Shown in pieces: positions 49,757 through 59,695 of a stretch of DNA of 64,000 nt. The stretch comes from a virus. The notes under the pieces are model-generated. The model was not told where the DNA came from. It saw only the letters and a list, made by a program, of their open reading frames with translations, and made no database searches. The stretch spans positions 1 to 64,000 of the IMG/VR virus record IMGVR_UViG_3300040801_001572; one strand, given 5' to 3'. A program made the position numbers and the translations under genes. Within the stretch, counting starts at the first letter, position 1, and each line of letters opens with the position of its first letter.

Positions 49757-51795
49757 TATTCTTCAATTCTGTTGAATACTTCTTCAATGTTTAATGTCGG
49801 ATCAACAGTTGCAGTCAATCTCTGTGTAAACTTGCCGTTTGAAAATTCGTGATCAATTGTGTTAACTAGATACACACCGTTAATTGCAGTTTCTCTTGCA
49901 CGTACTGTTCCGGTATTAACACCAGGCAATTCTGGAGTTCTTAGCGTGAACACAAACGCCGGCTGACCGATGAAAGAAGCAATCGGCTCGGGTATGTTTG
50001 GGAACGGTTGTCCGGAAGGGTCAGTAGGCTGAACTTCGTCCGGTTCAACAGAAGCGCCGAGCCAGTACGGGTCTCCTTTGATCATAACTTCAATATTAGC
50101 AAGGTCGCCACTCGGTCCCGTGAATGCCTGGTTAAACAAACTGTTCACATATGCTGGGCCACTAGATCTAGTTGTGTCTTGTCCCCTGTTGGTTTTATTA
50201 CCTTCTCTGTTTTTCTCAACAGACGTTTCTAGGAACGCAAGAGGGTACTTTCTAAACTGTGTGCCCTTCTCGAGGTCTTCGATTGTGATTTCCTCAACAA
50301 ATCTTGTTCTGCTTTGTCTTTCTGCAAATGGTATTCTTTCTTCTCGTGCATTATTCAGCAAACGAGTAATTGTTTCTTGTTCTTCGGGCGTTAGTTCGAT
50401 CTGCTGTATTTGTGCTGCTACAGACTCTGCTTCACGAGCAAATTCTGTCGGTGTAAGTTCTCTTGATCTTGCACTGGCTAGCTTGTCTAACAGCTCTGCA
50501 ACCTGTCTTTTGTTATCTCTCAGTCGTTGCAGGTCTTCTGCGAACTTCTTGCCTTCCGCTACGTGAGCATAGTCAGTTCCAAACCCTCCCTGCACTGGCA
50601 TGTTTACGTACCAGGAGAAGTTAAAGGTCAAATCAAACTCTAGCACCTGGTCGTTCTGGCCGGTAAATATGAAATAATATCTTTTGGCAAGAAGATCATT
50701 GTTTAAGTATTGCTGAAAACGATCTGAAGAACTGATATTAGTGTCAGCATTGTTAGCAACAATCTGCCCCATGAGATGAGGAACAACAATGTATGTAAAT
50801 TCACGCTGATATACTCCACGGCCGGTGTCGTACTCAAGCTGTCTTGTTTTAGTAATCACTCGGTGCAACTGTTTTAGTTCACCGTCTCTCTTGTCACGCT
50901 TGGCATCGTTGTTTTCTGTGTCGGTTTGCTGAGCAACTCGTTGGTAATCGGGACTAGAGGTCACAATTCTATTCACAGTATCAATGATGCTGATATTCTG
51001 TTCTGTTTTGATGGTTTTAACTTCGCTGCTGCCGACTTCGTCTTCCGTAAAGCCCGCATTACGATTAAGGTTAGCAAGGTCAGCATCTGTTAAGCGATAT
51101 GCAGCAATAGTAGGGTCTACAACAAATCGATACTGGTCAGGCTTCGTTAGGCCCGTAACAGACTGCTGCACAGATCTTAACGACATTTGCGTTGCTAATT
51201 GGTCAAGTGCTCCGCCTACTGTTCGGTCTGTAATTTGCCAGCTCTTGCTTACCATTCCGAACTCGTCTCTTTGTACAGCTTCGTCGTAATGATATGCAGT
51301 TACAGAATACGTGGAGCCACCTGCATCGATTGCAGTTTCTACTGAACCAATCAGTACTGGCCAGCGATATGTTAGGTTCGGAATAGAACCCTGTGGCTCG
51401 GATCCATTTGGCTCTTGCCTGTTTGCTTTGAACGTTAACTGAATGAAATATGGAATCTGAAAATAATTTTCTACGCCTAACTCTAAACTTGCAGCAATAA
51501 TTTTGTCAATTAAACTTGCGCCTGTGAATTCTCTCAGTGTCATGCTGAGCTGAGTAAATGTAGAGTTTTTAGAAGCCTTTGAATAACTAGGGTGGCTGCG
51601 AAATGTGAAATCTTCAATAAACACCTGGCTAGTTACACCAGACTGTGCAATCACAATTCCGTTAGACGGATCCCAGTCGACGGATCGGTTCTCGCTGCGA
51701 ATACTACGGTTCGGCAACATATAAAATGTTAAGTTATATGTTGTTAAGTTGTATTCGTCTAGTATGTTTCCCTGTGGTGTAAAGGTAGTGCTCAT
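49756..51795 (-). CDS. baseplate hub protein (gp27-like)
   Basis: GDPYWL; G.Y.V..I.HEF.NG.FTQ.L; precedes spike gene. Confidence 0.65.
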   Translation of the reverse strand: MSTTFTPQGNILDEYNLTTYNLTFYMLPNRSIRSENRSVDWDPSNGIVIAQSGVTSQVFIEDFTFRSHPSYSKASKNSTFTQLSMTLREFTGASLIDKIIAASLELGVENYFQIPYFIQLTFKANRQEPNGSEPQGSIPNLTYRWPVLIGSVETAIDAGGSTYSVTAYHYDEAVQRDEFGMVSKSWQITDRTVGGALDQLATQMSLRSVQQSVTGLTKPDQYRFVVDPTIAAYRLTDADLANLNRNAGFTEDEVGSSEVKTIKTEQNISIIDTVNRIVTSSPDYQRVAQQTDTENNDAKRDKRDGELKQLHRVITKTRQLEYDTGRGVYQREFTYIVVPHLMGQIVANNADTNISSSDRFQQYLNNDLLAKRYYFIFTGQNDQVLEFDLTFNFSWYVNMPVQGGFGTDYAHVAEGKKFAEDLQRLRDNKRQVAELLDKLASARSRELTPTEFAREAESVAAQIQQIELTPEEQETITRLLNNAREERIPFAERQSRTRFVEEITIEDLEKGTQFRKYPLAFLETSVEKNREGNKTNRGQDTTRSSGPAYVNSLFNQAFTGPSGDLANIEVMIKGDPYWLGASVEPDEVQPTDPSGQPFPNIPEPIASFIGQPAFVFTLRTPELPGVNTGTVRARETAINGVYLVNTIDHEFSNGKFTQRLTATVDPTLNIEEVFNRIEE

Positions 51796-52100
51796 TAGCT
51801 CAGTGATGGTAGTCTTTCAACTGCGTCTCTTGTTGGCGCAAAGATTAATATGCCCGACCTAAAATCATTGATAGGATCGATCAGTGTATCTGGATTTCTT
51901 ATTGCAAATACCCACCACAATCTTGGTGTACCGTACAGATCAAATGATAGCAGGTCTGGTCTTTCGTCGTACTTCGGGTCAACTTCAATCAACAGATCGT
52001 TTGGACTTTCGGGTATTTCTATTTCGGTCCAGAGATCCAAATAGAAATCTTTAATCGGTGTCCCGCGATATCTACTAGTAAACTTATGAATATCAGCCAT
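51795..52100 (-). CDS. baseplate wedge protein (gp53-like, LysM-like)
   Basis: RPDLLSFDLYG...LWWVFA.RN. Confidence 0.85.
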   Translation of the reverse strand: MADIHKFTSRYRGTPIKDFYLDLWTEIEIPESPNDLLIEVDPKYDERPDLLSFDLYGTPRLWWVFAIRNPDTLIDPINDFRSGILIFAPTRDAVERLPSLS

Positions 52101-52756
52101 TAGATAAATCCTGTATTACCGTCTCTATCTGCTAACAAGTCGCCATTTCTAAACTTAGCAAGATCGAAGTTTTCTCTAACTGTTCTTGGATTGTAGTTAA
52201 CATCCATAGTTATTGTGATGTTAATAAAAGTAGGCACATATGTGGTTTTGCCGTCTACTTCGACTGCAACGTAATCAACATCAGGCTGTAGAGCATAGGT
52301 GTAAGATTTGATAATAACTGGAACGTTAGTGAACATCTTTTCACCTAAGTAACTGAAGTTAACAATAGGAGGTGGAGTTCCTGCTAGGTTGCCGCCTTGT
52401 CTACCAAAGTTACTTTTAGTCACTGTCCTAAAGAAGTGCATACAGCCTAGCGTGTATTCGGCTTCTTCTTGTGTTTGACTAGTAAAGTCACAGGTAAGCA
52501 CAATTTCACTGATATAGGATCTAGAATACGCATTGTATTTGTAGATAGCATGAGTAAAGGTGTACTCTTCGTATTCTGCGTTGCCGGTTACCTGAATTGT
52601 CGGAGTGTAAGGAAACACTAATCCTCTTTTGTCTCGCAGCGGTCTAGTGATGTCTCCGGAGCCAAACAAATTCTCAAGTCTCGACGGGGCACCTGCACCA
52701 CTGGTCGCAGTGTTTCCTGTGCCTCTAGGGGTAATTCTCGCTCTAAAGTCTGGCAT
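52100..52756 (-). CDS. baseplate/tail-tube initiator (gp48/gp54-like)
   Basis: FPYTP.I...PPP...F...G..F..VP. Confidence 0.7.
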   Translation of the reverse strand: MPDFRARITPRGTGNTATSGAGAPSRLENLFGSGDITRPLRDKRGLVFPYTPTIQVTGNAEYEEYTFTHAIYKYNAYSRSYISEIVLTCDFTSQTQEEAEYTLGCMHFFRTVTKSNFGRQGGNLAGTPPPIVNFSYLGEKMFTNVPVIIKSYTYALQPDVDYVAVEVDGKTTYVPTFINITITMDVNYNPRTVRENFDLAKFRNGDLLADRDGNTGFI

Positions 52757-52775
52757 AATGTTCTCCGGTTTTCAT

Positions 52776-52819
52776 TATTTATCAGAACATAATTAACTGC
52801 GTATTTAACTCGATAAATA
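52776..52819. promoter_or_regulatory. back-to-back late-type promoters (GATAAATA)
   Basis: minus copy 52776-52783, plus copy 52812-52819; similar to T4 late TATAAATA. Confidence 0.65.
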
Positions 52820-52897
52820 GTATGTCGGTTGACATCCTGTTCCGATTTCACGTATAATTGCAGCATAATAACTATAACACTTGCAAAGGATTGCTTA

Positions 52898-53749
52898 GTG
52901 AAAAAGAAAATCAATTATCTCAATAACAAGGATATGTTGTTAGAGATACACAGAAGCAAATTGTCCTTTTGCGACTACAAAGATCCTGAACATGGTTGGT
53001 TCGATCTGATCGTAGAAAATGTCGAAGATATCACAGCAGATGTAATTGACGAAGCAAAAGAGCGCAGAGCTGCTAGAATTGCTGACATGGCTTACAGAAA
53101 GGCTTTGTACGAGTCTACTAGCACGCCACGGCCAAAATTAAGCGAATACAAGTTCGATCCACAAACAATCGACGATTCGGAATTGGTATTTCGAGTGGTT
53201 ACTTGGGAACATATTCCGGAAGAACCAGGCCGTAAGAAGAACCCTAAAACAGTTGCTGACCACCATGTTCGCCTGAACTTTATTCCGTTCAAGCATTATG
53301 TGCTAGATCTAAGTAAAACTGTAAAGAAAGGCCCATTGCCTGTTATTGAAGTTTTGCGTTCTCACACAAAGGACGGCGAGTTCTGCATGACCCACGGATC
53401 AATTACCGATAAATTGGCTAAAATGTACATGCTGATGGTAAACAAGTATAGTCAGAAATCCAACTGGCGTGGGTACACATATCTAGAAGAAATGAAAGGA
53501 CAAGCGCTGTTACAGCTTAGTCAAATGGGACTACAGTTCAACGAAGCAAAATCGGATAATCCTTTCTCATATTACACAGCTTCTATCACAAATAGCTTTA
53601 CTCGTGTTCTGAACATTGAAAAGAAAAATCAGAACCTCAGGGATGACCTGCTCGTAGATGCAGGACAGAATCCAAGTTTCACTCGCCAGCTCGAGATTGA
53701 ACAAGAGATTCGAAAAATGCGAGAAGACGCTGCAATAGACAGCGAATAA
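52898..53749 (+). CDS. late-transcription sigma factor (T4 gp55-like)
   Basis: NYLNNK; SNWRGYTY.EEM...; NPFSYYT; precedes gp47/gp46; sigma70 promoter at 52829. Confidence 0.85.
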   Translation: MKKKINYLNNKDMLLEIHRSKLSFCDYKDPEHGWFDLIVENVEDITADVIDEAKERRAARIADMAYRKALYESTSTPRPKLSEYKFDPQTIDDSELVFRVVTWEHIPEEPGRKKNPKTVADHHVRLNFIPFKHYVLDLSKTVKKGPLPVIEVLRSHTKDGEFCMTHGSITDKLAKMYMLMVNKYSQKSNWRGYTYLEEMKGQALLQLSQMGLQFNEAKSDNPFSYYTASITNSFTRVLNIEKKNQNLRDDLLVDAGQNPSFTRQLEIEQEIRKMREDAAIDSE

Positions 53750-53760
53750 GGAGGGAAACC

Positions 53761-54196
53761 GTGAGTTTTATACGGGTATCTCAAGACGGGTATGATCAAG
53801 TTGAGGTTGACCCTGCACATCGGCACACCATAAAAAAATCTTTAGAAGGATGGGTCGATTTCGATAGTTGTTTTAGATCAGGAGTAATCGAAGGCGAAAT
53901 TTGTCCTTACGAAGTCGGTGTTGGTGTTCCTCCAGCGATCACAGGCAATTTCGCACAAGAAAAGGAATACGTAAGGGAAGTTCGGTCATTTCGCGAATTG
54001 CAAGGCGAATGTGCCCCCCAGAAGCAATCATGCAACAGGCTCCCCTAAGATATACGACGAAGATATTTTAATTGTCGAGACTTACTACGACCAAGACGAA
54101 AACAATTTCGGCATATTCGTACACTATGACAATGATAAGCTAAAAGAATATTGGGTATACGACGTTTGTTCATCTACAAAATCACAAATCTGGTAA
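53761..54196 (+). other. small gene split across two frames by a structured insertion
   Basis: strong SD at 53749; second half (..IYDEDILIVETYY..EYWVY) in the +1 frame has no SD. Confidence 0.45.
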
Positions 54197-54978
54197 ACAA
54201 GAAAATTTACATCGGATACGACACTAGCAGTACCGACGAGTGTTTACGCTGGAAGTATCACTTAATTGCATACAAAAGAAAGAATGCAAAAAAGCGACTT
54301 TATCTAGCAATGAAAAAATACGGCGCTGAGAAATTTTGTCACGAAGTTCTCGATACTGCCGAATCACTCGACGAGCTTAAAGAAAAAGAGATACTGTACA
54401 TCAGTATATTAGAGTCTACCGATCGAAGCGTCGGCTATAACGATACACGCGGCGGCGACGGAGGTGACACATTTATATATAAGTCCGAAGACGAGCTTAA
54501 CCTCATCAAAGAAAGGATGAGTATTTCAGCAAAAACAAGATGGGAGAATATCTCAGACAGCGAAAAAGAGCTTATATTAAAGAATTTTATCGGGTCTAAA
54601 TGGAAGAACGTGTCTGTGCAAGATAGAAAAAGAAAAATGCAACACCTCTACACCAGCGAAGTTAGCAGCAAGAAGTCGCAGACACTGAAGAAATTTTACG
54701 CAGGCTGCTCTGATCGAGGAGCTGAAAAAGGGCGAGCCATTAAAGAGTGGCAAAACAAGAACAAAAACATCGTTAGAAAACAGAATAAAATTGCAGCGGA
54801 AAAAGCAGCAGAAAAGAAAAGACAAAGAATAAAAGCAATCAGCCCTTTGGGAGAAACACTTTTCTTTAACTCAAAGAAAGAGTTCAAAGAAAAACACGGG
54901 TATATCCTAGATAGAATAATTAAAAAGACAGCTAATAATAGCAGTCACAACGGATGGAGAGCATGGGAAATTGAGTGA
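54151..54978 (+). CDS. GIY-YIG homing endonuclease (Seg-like; start uncertain)
   Basis: FIYKITN..N.KIYIG; E..YI; GYN...GG.GG. Confidence 0.85.
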   Translation: MGIRRLFIYKITNLVNKKIYIGYDTSSTDECLRWKYHLIAYKRKNAKKRLYLAMKKYGAEKFCHEVLDTAESLDELKEKEILYISILESTDRSVGYNDTRGGDGGDTFIYKSEDELNLIKERMSISAKTRWENISDSEKELILKNFIGSKWKNVSVQDRKRKMQHLYTSEVSSKKSQTLKKFYAGCSDRGAEKGRAIKEWQNKNKNIVRKQNKIAAEKAAEKKRQRIKAISPLGETLFFNSKKEFKEKHGYILDRIIKKTANNSSHNGWRAWEIE

Positions 54979-55987
54979 CCAACTATTTAAACGGTTAGCT
55001 GCGTTTACAGATATCCACTTTGGAAATAAACACAACAGCAGACTACACAATGCAGATTGTGAAGAGTTTGTGTTGTGGTTTATTGACGAAGCTAAAAAGA
55101 GAAATTGTGATACTTGCATCTTCTTAGGAGACTGGCACCATCACAGAGCAGCAGTTAATGTTTCCACAATGAATTACACTGTGAGTAACATCGGCTTTTT
55201 AAACGATGCTTTCGAGAAAGTATACATCATTACCGGCAACCACGACCTGTTTTACAGAGAAAAACGAGAGATCCATTCCTTAGTAATGGGTAAGAACTTT
55301 GAGAATGTGGTTCTAGTCGACGAACCTGTAATAGATGGTGACGTTGCTATTGTGCCATGGCTAATTGAAGACGAATGGAAGAAAGTCAAAAAGATTAAGA
55401 CCAAGTACATGTTCGGTCACTTTGAGATCCCCGGGTTCAAAATGAACGCACAGATTGAGATGCCAGACCATGGTGCAATCAACAAGCGTCATTTCGAGCA
55501 TCAGGACTTAGTGTTCAGTGGACACTTTCACAAAAGACAAAACGATGGGCACATTCACTACATTGGCAATCCGTTCGGACACAACTTTGCAGATGCATGG
55601 GACTTTAATCGTGGGGCAATGTTCTTGGAATGGGACAAAGAACCAGAGTATGTGAATTATCCGCATGGTCCTAGATACATTACTTGTTATCTTAGCGAAC
55701 TGCTTGACAACACCGAAGATTATCTTAAGCCAAAGACATATGTCCGTGTGACACTGGACTCAAATATCTCTTACGAAGAAATTAACTTCTTGAGAGAAAC
55801 ACTAATCGAAAACTATGAGATTCGAGATTTAAAACTAATATACGATCGCACTGTTGAAGAAGATATTGAATTCGAGGGTGAGATCACTTTCCAGACTGTT
55901 GATCAGATTGTAACCGAACAATTGAGCAACCTGGACCTAGGAACGTACGACCGTAAAAAACTTGTTGAGATTTACAATAACCTATAA
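54971..55987 (+). CDS. recombination nuclease subunit (gp47/Mre11/SbcD-like)
   Basis: DIH, GD, GNHD, GHFH metallophosphoesterase motifs. Confidence 0.92.
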   Translation: MSDQLFKRLAAFTDIHFGNKHNSRLHNADCEEFVLWFIDEAKKRNCDTCIFLGDWHHHRAAVNVSTMNYTVSNIGFLNDAFEKVYIITGNHDLFYREKREIHSLVMGKNFENVVLVDEPVIDGDVAIVPWLIEDEWKKVKKIKTKYMFGHFEIPGFKMNAQIEMPDHGAINKRHFEHQDLVFSGHFHKRQNDGHIHYIGNPFGHNFADAWDFNRGAMFLEWDKEPEYVNYPHGPRYITCYLSELLDNTEDYLKPKTYVRVTLDSNISYEEINFLRETLIENYEIRDLKLIYDRTVEEDIEFEGEITFQTVDQIVTEQLSNLDLGTYDRKKLVEIYNNL

Positions 55988-55989
55988 AC

Positions 55990-57759
55990 ATGATTAATCT
56001 TAAAAACGTCACTATCAAAAATTTCATGTCTGTGGGCAATGTGTCTCAGGCAATTAGCTTTTCCGAAAACGAACTTGTGCTAGTGCTAGGTGAGAATCTA
56101 GACCTAGGCGGCAATGACAGCAGGAACGGTGTAGGTAAGAGTACTGCACTTAATGCGCTCAGTTACGCACTGTACGGAGAGGCACTTGTAAAGATCAAGC
56201 GAGATAACTTGATTAACAAGGTTAACGGGAAAGGCATGATGGTTACGCTGGACTTCGAAAAAGACGGAGTAACCTATCGTATCGAACGCGGACGCAAGCC
56301 TAACATATTCAAGTTCATTGTGAACGGGCACGAGATTGAGGATGAGACTGACGAAGCACAAGGCGACAGTCGTCTCACTCAGGAAGAAGTCGAAAGAGTC
56401 ATGGGCATCTCCCATGACATGTTCAAGCAGATTGTGGCACTTAACACATACAGCGAACCGTTTCTTAGCTTACGTGCCAACGATCAAAGATCAATCATTG
56501 AGCAGCTACTAGGCATCACCAAGTTGTCAGAAAAAGCCGAAGTGCTAAAGACACAGCTCAAGGAGGTTAGAGATGCCATTAAGGAAGAGGAGTTCCGGGT
56601 TAAAGCGACCCAGGAGGCGAATAAAAAGATTGAGGAGAACATTAAGACGCTTACGCTCCGTTCCCAAGCGTGGGAGAAAACCAAAACTAACACGATTAAA
56701 GACTACGAAGACAGCCTCCTCGCCCTCGACGAAGTCGACATCGAAAAAGAGCTTGAGACGCATAAAGAGAATAAGAAGGCTCGGGAGTCGATAAGAGAGC
56801 GCGACAAACTGGAACGTGAGATTAAATCTCTAACTCGCGAAATCAAGCTGCACAAGAACAGTTTAGAGCAAGTCGAAAAGAACATACACAGAACTTCTGA
56901 AGGCAAAGAGTGTCCTACTTGTCACCAAGAAATGGACAAAGAAACACACGAAAGGGTCCATGCAGAGTACGAAGCACAGGCACTGCAAGCTCGTGATAAA
57001 ATTGCCGAAAAGCAGCAAGAATTAGATGAGCTAGAAGCAGTGTTGTCGTCTACTCCTGACGTAAACGAAGAAGACACCTTTTATAGCTTTGTGGAAGATG
57101 CATATAACCACAGATCCACAATGCAAGAGCTTGCGAACAATCTTGCACGTGAGCAAAGTTCGGAAAATCCGTACACTGAACAGATCGAAAGCTTACAGAC
57201 ATCTGGTATTCAGCAGGTTGATTACTCGTACATTAACGAAATGACCAGCTTGCGTGATCACCAAGAGTTTCTGCTCAGTCTACTAATCAACAAAGACAGT
57301 TTTATTCGCAAGAAAATTATTGATCAGAATCTGCTGTATCTAAACAACAGACTGTCTCACTACTTAGGCAAGTTAGGTTTGCCCCACGAAGTTAAGTTTA
57401 AGTCAGATCTCGAAGTCGAAATCACACAATACGGCAGAGACTTTGACTTTGACAACCTCAGCCGAGGTGAACGCACACGACTAATACTAAGCCTCAGCTT
57501 TGCTTTCCGTGATGTTTACGAAAGCTTAAACACCAAGATCAATCTGCTGTTCATTGACGAACTAATAGATAGTGGTCTTGACACAGCTGGTGTAGAAAAC
57601 GCACTAGCAGTATTCAAAGGTATGACAAGGGAACAAAGAAGAAACATCTTCTTGATCAGTCATCGTGACGAACTCATTGGACGAGTTACTAGCGTATTAA
57701 AAGTGATCAAAGAAGGGGGCTTTACATCCTTTGATAGTACCGACACAAACTTAATATAA
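55990..57759 (+). CDS. recombination ATPase subunit (gp46/Rad50/SbcC-like)
   Basis: NGVGKST, Zn hook CPTC, LSRGE signature, FIDE. Confidence 0.93.
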   Translation: MINLKNVTIKNFMSVGNVSQAISFSENELVLVLGENLDLGGNDSRNGVGKSTALNALSYALYGEALVKIKRDNLINKVNGKGMMVTLDFEKDGVTYRIERGRKPNIFKFIVNGHEIEDETDEAQGDSRLTQEEVERVMGISHDMFKQIVALNTYSEPFLSLRANDQRSIIEQLLGITKLSEKAEVLKTQLKEVRDAIKEEEFRVKATQEANKKIEENIKTLTLRSQAWEKTKTNTIKDYEDSLLALDEVDIEKELETHKENKKARESIRERDKLEREIKSLTREIKLHKNSLEQVEKNIHRTSEGKECPTCHQEMDKETHERVHAEYEAQALQARDKIAEKQQELDELEAVLSSTPDVNEEDTFYSFVEDAYNHRSTMQELANNLAREQSSENPYTEQIESLQTSGIQQVDYSYINEMTSLRDHQEFLLSLLINKDSFIRKKIIDQNLLYLNNRLSHYLGKLGLPHEVKFKSDLEVEITQYGRDFDFDNLSRGERTRLILSLSFAFRDVYESLNTKINLLFIDELIDSGLDTAGVENALAVFKGMTREQRRNIFLISHRDELIGRVTSVLKVIKEGGFTSFDSTDTNLI

Positions 57760-57777
57760 AAATAAAAAGGTACACAC

Positions 57778-58443
57778 ATGAAATTTACCCCGAGCTACCT
57801 CTGCAAGGAGGACACACTTAAGGTTTTACCGGGATCCCTTTATAGAGAAGTGCTGTATAAGCAGCAAGAGCTCTACTACAACAACCTCAGTAATCTAAAT
57901 TTCAAACAGATACGTTTTGCAAATTTAGATCCTTCTGAAGTTCCTCCGACAGATTCTATCGACTATATACGTGACTGGATGGGCTGTGTTCCTGTCGGTG
58001 TTCTGCCTATCTACGGTAGACACGGCGACGATGGTATTACACCAGACGGCACAGGCATCGAAACAAAGACACTTATGATTGACGAAGACAAATGGGAACG
58101 CGGCCCAAGAGGTGGTATTCGCTCAAAAAGCAAAGGTAATTGCAACATGGGCAGCTACTACAACATCGGCTACGGAAACGACCATGGTATTTTTGACACA
58201 GAACATAAAGTCAAAGACACCTATGTGATTATCATTTCCCGTGCATTAGATCAAGTAGTGTCGGTGTTCTACTTAGATCCAGATGCTGTAAGAGAACGCC
58301 TCAACAATTACGGCGGTAGTTGCAAAAAGATCTATCTACGTCACATTTTAAACGATGGTATTGACGTTAGCGGACAAGGCGACGTAATGGAAGCGATTGG
58401 TTGGGAACGATATCAACAGTTTTTAGACAGCTATATCGTTTAA
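57778..58443 (+). CDS. hypothetical protein, possible PD-(D/E)xK nuclease
   Basis: GDDG..PDG.GIETK. Confidence 0.6.
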   Translation: MKFTPSYLCKEDTLKVLPGSLYREVLYKQQELYYNNLSNLNFKQIRFANLDPSEVPPTDSIDYIRDWMGCVPVGVLPIYGRHGDDGITPDGTGIETKTLMIDEDKWERGPRGGIRSKSKGNCNMGSYYNIGYGNDHGIFDTEHKVKDTYVIIISRALDQVVSVFYLDPDAVRERLNNYGGSCKKIYLRHILNDGIDVSGQGDVMEAIGWERYQQFLDSYIV

Positions 58444-58859
58444 TCTAGTCGCGCCTTTTCAGGGCACTTTCCGGTCTTCCCAAGGAACTCATTGTAATAG
58501 CGTCTGCTTGGTATAGCATCTTCCATTACAATGCGTTTGGTTTCGCCGTAGCTAAGTTCCCACTTGGTATCATACAATTCCAGTATAGTAAAGGTAAACT
58601 TGTCTTTGCCTAATTTTTCTATATCTGCGTTTAGCTCTTTAGATGAGCCTGTGTATGTGCGCCAATCTGACTCTTTAGTGCTGCGGCGGCGGTTCTTTCG
58701 GCCTTTGAGCGGAGGCTTAGAGACTTTGAAATGCAAGAGTTTTTGCCCTATGTATTTGCGGCCATCTACAGTGTTTACTATCTCGTAAACAAAGCCTAGA
58801 TGGTCAGCAGGATCGAATTCGGGGCCGGACCAATGTCCGTAATCAGTTTTTTCGCTCAT
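58440..58859 (-). CDS. compact GIY-YIG nuclease-domain protein
   Basis: GFVYEI.N..DGRKYIG; Y.GSS; E; YYN. Confidence 0.85.
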   Translation of the reverse strand: MSEKTDYGHWSGPEFDPADHLGFVYEIVNTVDGRKYIGQKLLHFKVSKPPLKGRKNRRRSTKESDWRTYTGSSKELNADIEKLGKDKFTFTILELYDTKWELSYGETKRIVMEDAIPSRRYYNEFLGKTGKCPEKARLD

Positions 58860-58951
58860 TTTAAAACAGCTTGCATAATTATGTATGCTGTTATTTACCA
58901 GGCAAAAAGTTTCGGTTGACTGCCAAATGGTAAAGACATTATACTTTTATA

Positions 58952-59446
58952 TAGAAGCTTGTGAGACTATCGCGACTCGCAAGTCGAAAATCGCAGCGTT
59001 AGATTACTTCGCAAAGCCCCCGCTGACAATGCTAGGCGGGAATTGGTACTCAGCATTAAATTAGGCTATCTGACTCACTACAATCGGCAATATCGCACAG
59101 CACTCGGCCATTTGTGCTGTGTCCTATTGAGACTGCCAGCGCGAGCTGTTGCCGTCGGACACTTAGGAGCCGAATCTCAATAACGATTGTGCTCTACGCC
59201 TCCGATATCGGAGAATAAATCGAATGCAGATATGCAGCGTAACACAGTCCGAAATACATTACTTCACTATGGTGTATTTTGGTTCCGTTGTTGGCGGATC
59301 GATGGTACCGGGCAACCGCCTACTAGCCATGCGTTAGTACTTTGCTGTGAGTCGCAAGGATCGATTGTAGTGAAAGACCCAGATGGCCTCAACCAAGGCA
59401 CTGACTGTTAACTAGAAGAAGATTACCCTCTGGGTGATCTTTTTTT
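58952..59446 (+). ncRNA. putative large structured non-coding RNA (family unrecognised)
   Basis: TTGACT-18-TATACT promoter at 58916; perfect 12-bp long-range helix 59075-59086/59362-59373; many hairpins; terminator. Confidence 0.7.
59417..59446 (+). terminator. intrinsic terminator
   Basis: aagattaccc-tct-gggtgatctt + T run. Confidence 0.8.
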
Positions 59447-59695
59447 AGTGGCCCTGAAAAGGGCTAGAGTCATGACCGATAAATCAGTCATTCCTCTTTT
59501 GTTGACAGACAATTCCTAACCAATCATATTCAGTTCGTCTGCTCAAGCAGCCGTATTTAAACAGAACCAGAATAAGATATGGTAGATAAACCAACGAGCT
59601 TGCGAGTTAGGGATAGATACCATATCTTCGAGAGCAGCTTCGCTGCCTCGATTAACTATTAGGGAGTAACAGTTATTTCTAAACAATCTCGAGTT

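Noticed and set aside
53990-54970. Large group I intron containing the GIY-YIG gene
   Set aside because: Only loose P/Q/R-like words, no convincing P7/S element, and gp47 appears complete by itself.
59187-59411. 74-aa ORF within the second ncRNA (likewise 3444-3632 in the first)
   Set aside because: Weak start, no SD, and it overlaps extensive RNA helices or a terminator.
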